Assembly (NCBI GenBank): GCA_951406725.2
Contig: OX597815.1
Location: 97,402,001-97,466,000 of the forward strand
Length of the DNA stretch: 64,000 nucleotides
Source of the DNA: Octopus vulgaris
Taxonomy: Eukaryota
Direction: 5' to 3'
In this document: positions 55,081-64,000 of the stretch, piece after piece
Numbering within the stretch: the first letter of the stretch is position 1
Layout of the letters: the number at the start of each line of letters is the position of its first letter
Notes under the pieces: model-generated
What the model was told of the DNA's origin: nothing
The model's database searches: none
What the model saw: only the letters and a program-made list of their open reading frames with translations
Made by a program: the position numbers and the translations under genes

Positions 55081-55216
55081 AAGACCTTGGAGTTTTTTCA
55101 AAATGTCTATTAATTAAAATGCCACTTCAGTCTGTTTAAGTTCGATTTGAATCGGCTTCTCGAAGCGATTTCGTATCTTATCTAAACTAGCTATTGCGAG
55201 GCCATTTTCTCACACC

Positions 55217-55264
55217 GTCCCCGATGAAGGGATATAATAAATATCATGGAAAAAGCTGTAAGAC
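55217..55264 (+). ncRNA. Decayed type I hammerhead motif
   Basis: GTCC CCGATGA agggata..tatcatg GAAA aagctg TA^AGAC, followed by a ctatttata.atg.. tail shared with the 25.4-kb copy and then (TA)n. Confidence 0.5.
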
Positions 55265-55319
55265 CTATTTATATATGTTCTAAAATCTTAACATCTTTGG
55301 TTTTTTATCTCATTGTAAA

Positions 55320-55372
<53 letters not shown>

Positions 55373-55585
55373 TGTGTGTGTGTGTGTGTGTAAAGATGGA
55401 TGGAGAGATATGTGTGCATGTATGTGTGTATCTATAATCTATCTGCGATATGTGTGTGTATACGCATACAGAAGTATATGAACATACGTACATATATATG
55501 TATATGCAAATATTTATACATATATATATATATACATACGAGTGTGTGTGCGTCTGTAATTTCTATATCGCTCTCTATCTCTCTC

Positions 55586-55617
<32 letters not shown>

Positions 55618-57155
55618 TGTATGTATGTATGTATGTATGTATGTATGTATGTATCTATGTATGTATGTATCTATGTATGTTTGTATATACAACTCATCAC
55701 TTTCTTTCAAAGATCGTACGTTCGAAACGGCAAGGACGACAAACTAATACACCCCCTTTTTGTTTCCTCACCTGCCTCTATCTTTTGTTTTCGGGACATT
55801 TGAACCACCAGCAAATCTATCCCTCTACAATGGAGGCATAAAATGAGGGAGGGAAGTCATAACAGCACTATGTGTTGAGAAATGTGTAAATGGACTTGAT
55901 ACATTCTATTGCAGCTATATGGCATGTGTTTGCGACTAAGTGACATGTGATGACTATTCTCTCCTGCACTGAAATAGGCTCCCAACCTCTGCCTCGTGAA
56001 TAGTTATATGGATCACTCCTAACGAAAGCTAGAGCTTCCTTCGAATACTACACAAAAAGTATTAAGACAAGCTGTTATTTAGATATACTATTATTTTAGT
56101 TGTTTACCCTATTTTACGCTTGTTTATACTCTTATACATTCAAAATTCTCAAATTTCATTATTTATTTTATCAATCATATTCCTTTCGATAATATCAATA
56201 TGATCACAAAACTTCTTTGTAAACGATACCTTCTGTTTGGTCGACACTAATTTTCAAATTACTGGAGCCCGTTGCTCTACTCATAGTGACATATAAATGG
56301 TTGTGTGTAAACCTCTGAGTGGGTAAGTATACGCCTACACGGTCTAAAGTCTGGTCCAGTGCCTTGTTTGCTGTGAATGCGCGAGTGGAATCTTTAGGGC
56401 TGCAAAAAGATCTAATACTTATCTCTCACTATTCTATGTGAATAATGTCTGGATGTTCTGGTACCATGGGTTACTTTGATTGACAAAACTGAGACGTAAA
56501 CAACAACCGCTTCGATTAGCCGTCTCAAATACTGCGCGAAACTGACACACTTCAATAATCATTAAGTAATCACACACACTATATACTGACACACACTTTT
56601 TCCATTTTATCTTCGCTGTTAACCCCGTCCTCGTGACCCCCTTCGTATCTACGATGGAGCCACAAACTATACAATGAAAATCCAGAGTTACTCGTGGTCG
56701 GTGAATTTTGAACAAAAATGCGAAGGTAGTTTATTAATTCAAAAATCGATATCCTCGAAATAATCATACTTTTTCAATTTTAATTGTAAAAACCTTCCTG
56801 GCAACCGTCTTTATATTCCCGAAATGTATCGTAACTGTTGGTTCAGCAGTCTGGCCGCGAAGAGAGAAGAGACAAAGAGGCAGTCAGACAGACGGAAAGT
56901 CAGACGGACATAATAGACATTTTAATAAGATATGTGTGTGAGAGTGTGTGTGTGTTTCCCTTTTTGACTGTTTGTCCCCAACGACAGCTTCGCAAACGGT
57001 GTTGGTGTGTTTACGTCCCCCCAACTTCATGGTTCGACAAAAGATACTGATATAATAAGTACCAAGTTTTAAAAAGTAAATATTGAGGTTGAATCATTCT
57101 GAAAAGGAAGACAAAATTCAAGGTGGTGCAAAAATATACATTCATATATACATAT

Positions 57156-57188
<33 letters not shown>

Positions 57189-57654
57189 CATATGCACACA
57201 CATATCTATCTATTTATCTATATATGTGTGTGTGTGTGTGTAAAGTTGGTGAGAGACAGCAAAACGGACGAACGAACGGAACATGTCTTACAAGCATTCT
57301 TTCAGTATTGGTGACGTGGAGCAGACAAAAAGCAAATGAATTTTCGAAAACTAAAATATATGACTTTCATTACATTTTACGATATATTTTAAAGCATACT
57401 TTTCATATCTCTGCGGCATACGCTTTGTATTTATGGAAGATAGAATAATGTAAATGTTATTGTTAAACTGCACTGTGTAGCCTCATTGGGATTAAATATA
57501 GATGAATGTATATTATCTTCGCAAGATATCTGTCATTTACGTATATTTTTTATTGTATCTTAACTAATGATTTTGAAAGTTTTGCATTTATTTTACCTAT
57601 ACTTTGTCAACAAAAATTTAACAGATCTTTCTGACAATGTTTCGTTTGTTTTAG

Positions 57655-57807
57655 ACAGAAACCGCGTTGATGTACGATGCTGTCCTCCTGTTTGCCGCAG
57701 CGCTACAGGAATTAGCTAAAGCTCAAGATGTGGATACCAGTGAACTGAACTGCGCCCATTCAAATACATGGAAGTATGGCACAAGTCTTATAAACTATAT
57801 GAGGAGG
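57655..57807 (+). CDS. Next internal exon of the kainate-like ionotropic glutamate receptor (ATD)
   Basis: Acceptor tttgttttAG (57653-57654) and donor AGG|GTaatt (57808), phase 0/0. Translation TETALMYDAVLLFAAALQELAKAQDVDTSELNCAHSNTWKYGTSLINYMRR matches the iGluR ATD motif T.AALMYDAV...L.C....PW..G..(L/F). Confidence 0.92.
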
Positions 57808-60334
57808 GTAATTATTACATTTTTATGTATTTGTTTTACATTTTTATCACATTTTTATTACATTTTTATGCATTTCCATCTATTTCATTTAATACTGGTA
57901 AAGGCGTCTTGTGCGAATAATGTTTCAAAAATTTCATATATGTATTTCAAATTTAAGTGTAGTTTTAATTTAGTTACTCTACAATCTCAAAAACCTTTCA
58001 CTATGGCAAATGAACATTTAAACATTCTCCAATAAGCACAATATTACATATGATTCTTGTTGTTCCTTTTGTTACGCGATTTGGGATAATTCGTTTGTTA
58101 TTTGGCTAGGCACCCATAGAACCCGTTCTAAATTTCTTTGTATTCTAGTAAAGTTTTAATGCAATATTTACGTGAAATAATATGCCGTCTTCTTCGTTGG
58201 TTTTAACATCAACGAGAAAGATAACTCCAATCATATTGAATAGACATCTACCATTTAAATGTTGATCATCTACAGCTGAATATATTCCTCAGCATTATAA
58301 TTGACATTGGTATGTGAGCAGGAATGTATGGTTCCTATAACAGCATCTCAACAGGGGCTCCATAGTTTTTGAATTTTTTCTGCTATACTTGATATAACTA
58401 GAGAAGCTACCTCTCCATTTGTTGAGTGACAACTTCGAACTGTCAAAACCTGTTCGCGGTGAATTAAGGTATTTCTAAGTTACTCAGCTTCCAATCCCAC
58501 CACTTGGTAGATGTTCCCTTTGTAGCATTTCCTGTCTCGAAATAAAAACTTTGATGCTTTCTCCTTCCCTTAAAGTATATATTTCATTTCTTTTGGTGCT
58601 GGTGCCTGTCTCAAACTGAATGACACATTTTCAGATAATTTTTCCATAACTGTAGTTCAGTATCACATATATTTGCTCATGCTAACATACAATATCCGAT
58701 ATAAGAAGATATTTTATGAAAATTGTATAATGCGCAGTGATATATAAGTACAAGCTTGGTTCTGTCAACGACTGTTTTCTTTAATCTAATTTAAAGTTAA
58801 GTTGTTGGTCATAATGACATGAAATATTGCATTACTCCCATTTTATCAGGTTTTTCAAAATAAAAATCAATATATTGAAGATTGATAGCGTCGTATACAA
58901 CTTTAATACTGGATATATTGTTGCGCTACAAGTGTGTAGATGCTGAATGAATTTATTCATGTGTATATTAAACAGGGAGAGCAATTTGAATGATGGTTTC
59001 TGGGAATCGGTTTTGTGATCGACTGTACACATCAACGAAGAGAGAAGACTAATTTCTTCTCAATGAAATGATGTGTTCAGTTGAACAAAGGTGAAATGAT
59101 CGAAACTGAGATTCGCAAAAATATGGTCAGTTTGGCTTCCACCCGAAAAACATACACAGTGACATATATATATTCAGCCACAAACACATGCATGTTCTTA
59201 ACTACAACCATCGATGTGCGTATTTATATCAGTAGGCATCTATCTATCAATCTATACATAATACATACACACATATATATACATATATATATATCACTAT
59301 GCATATATATGTATAATGTTTTATCCTGATGTAAGTAATACGGCGATGGATACTGACGTTTTATTATACCATATAAACTTTCTTTTGAAGGTGTCAGTGC
59401 GATCTTAATCTTCCCAAATCTGTTTCCTGGTATATGCTGATTACTTCTTTATTCTAGATTTTTGCTGGAACTGTTGAATGTACGGGCATTTTTTTCTAAT
59501 TCTATTCATCCGCCACATTCCTCTATAACATGTTGAATTGTATGTTTCTTACAATTTACAGTAATCATTCCAACGTAAAGAGATATAGAAAGAGTGCCGC
59601 GAACTTTCCTTCTCTAGCTACCTTAATTTACTATCTAACCACCTCCAGAACTTTCTGTATAGTTTTGTTATAATATATATTTTAAAAAGAAGTGCCATAC
59701 TTTCGACAAGTACAACAATATCGAATGCAGCAAGAGGGCTCTTTTATACAGCTTTGCAAAACACATGCAAAAGTTATATAGGTGAAGTCATTGTTGTGTG
59801 TCTAAAAAGATAATGTTATTACAGCTTTCAGATTCAGTGCCAAAGACTTGCACCGTAACTAAATGCTTTGAACCATAGATTTGAGCCGGTAAATATCTGA
59901 TGAGAGAATTTGGTGGACAGAAACGGCGGGGAAGCCCATCACATCTGTCTCTCTTTCTCTCTCTTTCCTATCTCTACATCCCTCTCTCTCTCTCTCTAGA
60001 TATATGTATGTATATGTGTGTGTATTTGCATGCGCCTGTGTGTATATATATATATGCATATGTGCGTGTGTATCTTTCAGCTTAGTGTTTCATACATAAA
60101 CATTTTACTTCCGTAAACGCCAATAAATCATGCTTCACAGAAACATGAAAATACGCTTTAGCCTTTCATCAGTTGTCGTTTGGGATCAAGATCCCGAACG
60201 AACTAGTGCATTTTTCTTAATTTAAAAAAAGTTTAAGTTATGCAGTCCTACACTAAATGCTAAAAGAAATACATAGTCCAGAGAGCATACTTCGTGATCT
60301 TTCCTACATTTTAAGTTGTAATTCTCTCTGTGTG

Positions 60335-60396
<62 letters not shown>

Positions 60397-60569
60397 TCTC
60401 TTATATATATTTTATTCTATTTCTATTTATTTATTTTTATTTTCATTTTTACTCTCATATTTTGCTTTATACTTCTTATAATTCTGTCTTTCCAAAATAC
60501 ATTCTTAAATTGAACTCTACTAGTTCCTTATAGTTAACTCTTTCATATCGTCTCTGATGAAATGATATC

Positions 60570-60641
<72 letters not shown>

Positions 60642-60889
60642 GTATGTATGTATCTTAGAAAAAATAAGGTACTTAGAAATCTGGATAGTTGTACATTTAC
60701 AGATTTTTATTAGTACGTCAAATGTTTTTATAAATCATATATTAGCGCTTGTATCAACTCTAGTAGATTTTTCAGATTTGAATTATTTTGAGGGGATTCG
60801 TCTCTTTTTATAGCATCATTTAGCGTGTAGGGGTGGTAAGAGATATCGGATAGTAAAAGAGGGTGAGGAATGGGGAGAAAATGAGAGAG

Positions 60890-60936
<47 letters not shown>

Positions 60937-61942
60937 CTGTGTATCTGAAATGAATGTCTATCGAAAAGAGAAGGAAAGAAAGAAGGAAGAGAGAAAGGAG
61001 AAAAATTGTGTTTACATTTACACAACTGGTCAGTTCTTTCAATATAAAGCGATGAGTTGATTCTTGACCTTTAAAAACGGCAAATCCAGGTGGCTACTCT
61101 TAAGGGGTGGGAGTCTTGTTTTGATAAAAGTTATTTTTCAAAAAATTGTCTGGATTTAATATCATCGTCATCATCACTGTCCAGTGAGAGAGAGTGTGTG
61201 TGTGCCTGTGTATCTGAAATGAGTGTCAATGTAAAAGAGGAGGAAAGAAAGGAAGAAGAAAAAATTGGGTTTACATCTATACAGCTGCTCAATATTTTAA
61301 TGCCATTTAAAGTTATTTTCAAGTGAAAACCATTACAAAAATTAGTTAGGTATATTCAAAAAAGCATTTAAAAAACATTTCGTAAAAGATACGTTCGTAA
61401 CCTCGGTGAGAAACAGTTTTTTTTCCATAGATCTTTTTCGAGCGCATTCCTTGTATCTCACTTCCAAAAATGTGGCTGCTATTTCTAGCACGCCCTGCTA
61501 CCACGTAACAGCTATTTGCAGTAAAGGACCCGAAATACCTGTAAAGTGGTAGCAGGGCGTGCAAGAAAGAGCAACCAGATCTTTCCATTTGGAGGAAAGG
61601 AGCCTTTTACACGTTTTTATCGATATCACATTCGTTAAAAGCATGCGGAATAACCTTGAAAAGAAAAAAAAATTAACCAACGGCACAAAACTCCGTTGCT
61701 GGGAAACTCAGTTTCCCGGTGACCCAACAGTTCACGGTTAGTCTAGTATACATATATATTTTTTTCCTAATTTTCCAAATGTTAAGTGAGATAGAAAGAC
61801 GTGGAGGTATGCCGCAACCGCCTTACTTCTCTTACTGGAATTCGAAAATTCTCTTGCATTTATGTGGAGAACGTGGCTGTTTCTAGTATTTGTTTAAGGG
61901 ACAATTTGATTGAGAGATGATGATCTTTGACCATCCATTCCT

Positions 61943-61994
<52 letters not shown>

Positions 61995-61996
<2 letters not shown>

Positions 61997-62554
61997 CTCA
62001 ACGGGGATTACATGGAGTCGCTGACGATGTATCGGGATGATCAAAAATCCGGCCTGCTAAAATTTGGTTAAAGTGATTCAAGCTGCAGACTCAACGCAAA
62101 ATGGTCACATTTAATTCAAGGCGTTAAAGATGTTATGAAAACAATTGGTATGTGTTCACAAAGTCCAAACGATTAATACGAAAAAAACCTCCAGGCTACA
62201 TCCCGAAAATTCATTTCTTTGCCGAATTTCTACAATGTTTACGGCGATTCGTTTTTATATCTTGATCTTTTATTTTTCATGCAATTTACGCATGCTTGCA
62301 CGCGTGGTGAACACGGTTCACGTCAAACATCTGACTGAGTAAAGTTCACTATTCAATGCATGGGATAAGGCCTAAACAAACACATTATCGATTTTTGCCC
62401 TTGCGAGATGAATTTCGAAACAGAATTTGCGCAGTTCAATTTTCGTTCGCCTAAACTTTAAGTGACCCATTTTTGGTGGTTCTACGATTTGTTGGCTAGG
62501 AGGAGATGTGCCGAGAAGTTCAACACACAGACACACGAGTTTTATATATATAGA
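61995..62554 (-). mobile_element. Probable Helitron-like fragment (5' end)
   Basis: Ends ...acagacacacgagttttatatatatagat, the same terminus style as the 10263-11432 element. No CTAG end was found; it runs into (TA)n. Confidence 0.4.
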
Positions 62555-64000
62555 TATCACCTTAACTGTTCTATTCTTATAATGTTTATTTAATTATGTT
62601 GTACTCTCGTATGGATTAATACTCCTTCTCCATACACCGTTTTATGCTAGTCAAATATGTAAGTTATACCAACTCAAAGAACAAAAATTCTCTCAGTGAG
62701 GACGTGTTGAAGATGTTACACCTTTCATTTCCAATTGTACCGGAATAACTCTTCCGTTGTAAGAAAACATTGAGATTCATGTAATATCATGTCACCGGTT
62801 TTACTTTTGTTTGGACCCTGTCGAAGAAATTTCTAATATTGTTCGCTTTAACAAGTACATGTAGACTCAATCAGCACACGATCCGTAAATTCGTGCTAGG
62901 AGACAAGAAAGAAAGATTTATATTATCTCTTGGAAAAATAACAAAAAGCATGTTAAAGACAAGGAAGACACCTATGATCCGAGATGAAATGAAATAAAGA
63001 TGTGTTATCATGATCTATACCAGCGGGGTTTCTTCGGAGAAAGAATTGAAATAGTATATGTAATATGTACATAGATATGATCTTTGTTGAGAGTCACATG
63101 AATATTAGCTCTTGTGTGTGTGAGTGTGTGTGTGCGTGTGTGTAAGTGTTTGTGTGCAAACATAGATAAGCAGACAAGTCATATTCATGCACCCTTCGTA
63201 CATTGTATACATACGTAGATTCGCGCGCGCGCACACACGCACACATACATACCGACATACATACACACACACGCACAAATATATGCACACATACAAGCAC
63301 TTGTACACGCATTAATATATTTGTGCAGGATGTTACGTGCGTGTATACATATTTGTCTTCATTGTTCTTCATTGCCTTTAAAATGAAGCAAAGGAAGCCA
63401 ATAAAATAACTATTCTTGTCAAGATCGTATAGGATATGTTAGTTATTTGAAGCTTATAAAAAGAGCACTGCATGTTCTAATTTTTGATAAGCACACCTAC
63501 GTTGGGTTTGTGATTTGATGTATTCCTAAGTATTCACAAGCGAAATAGCATTCATTGTACTGGCGGTATTAAGATAAGACAGTTTTGAATAAATAACTGA
63601 GTAGTTATGTCACAGACTGATCGATAGAAAATTTTAGGTTTTATACAAATAGTATTCTTCAAGTACTTACTTAAGTGCATAGAATGTGACGGCAATGTTT
63701 GCTGATTTTCTTTATGTTGTTTTTTTTTTCTATGCCAGGTTGTGATCATTAAGATATTTTCGTTATGACCATCCTAAGTTTTTTGTTTGGTCAGCATGTC
63801 CAGAGAGTAACTTATCAAACCTGCTCTTTCCTTAAATTGTGTATTGACTGCTATTTCTAAAATAAAATATTAATTGGATGAGTTCTTTTGTACATAGAGA
63901 CTGAAATAAATGAAATTTGTTATAACTTAGCCTTGGTGTTTCTGTACTGGTCAAGGTATCCGCCGACATAAGACCCGATTCCGCTTATATGTTACACAGG

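Noticed and set aside
57655-57658. Alternative acceptor tagACAG (+4 nt)
   Set aside because: It would shift the reading frame; the upstream AG preserves frame and homology.

Overview
AT-rich, microsatellite-dense animal genomic DNA. The SINE and repeat content suggests a coleoid cephalopod such as Octopus (inference). Only two host exons are recognisable, both on + and both phase 0: 31389-31556 and 57655-57807. They encode consecutive parts of the amino-terminal domain of a kainate-like ionotropic glutamate receptor and are separated by a 26.1-kb intron; the rest of the window is probably intronic. It holds a decayed mariner, a mariner-type MITE, a non-autonomous Helitron, relics of CR1/L2-group, R4/Dong and Penelope-like (RT + GIY-YIG) retroelements, many tRNA-derived SINEs and a 5-unit SINE tandem array. 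The most notable signal is a set of short non-coding elements at (TA)n or other microsatellites that carry type I hammerhead ribozyme (HHR) motifs, intact or decayed, usually as inverted pairs folding into long hairpins or rods (4784-5425, 8105-8387, 8691-9483, 14938-15196, 19457-20584, 29346-29707, 46836-47164). One has a 352-nt monomer starting exactly at the predicted self-cleavage site, and one couples a tRNA-type Pol III head to an HHR. This suggests a Penelope-mobilised, retrozyme-like system. All structures were read by eye; no folding or database search was run.
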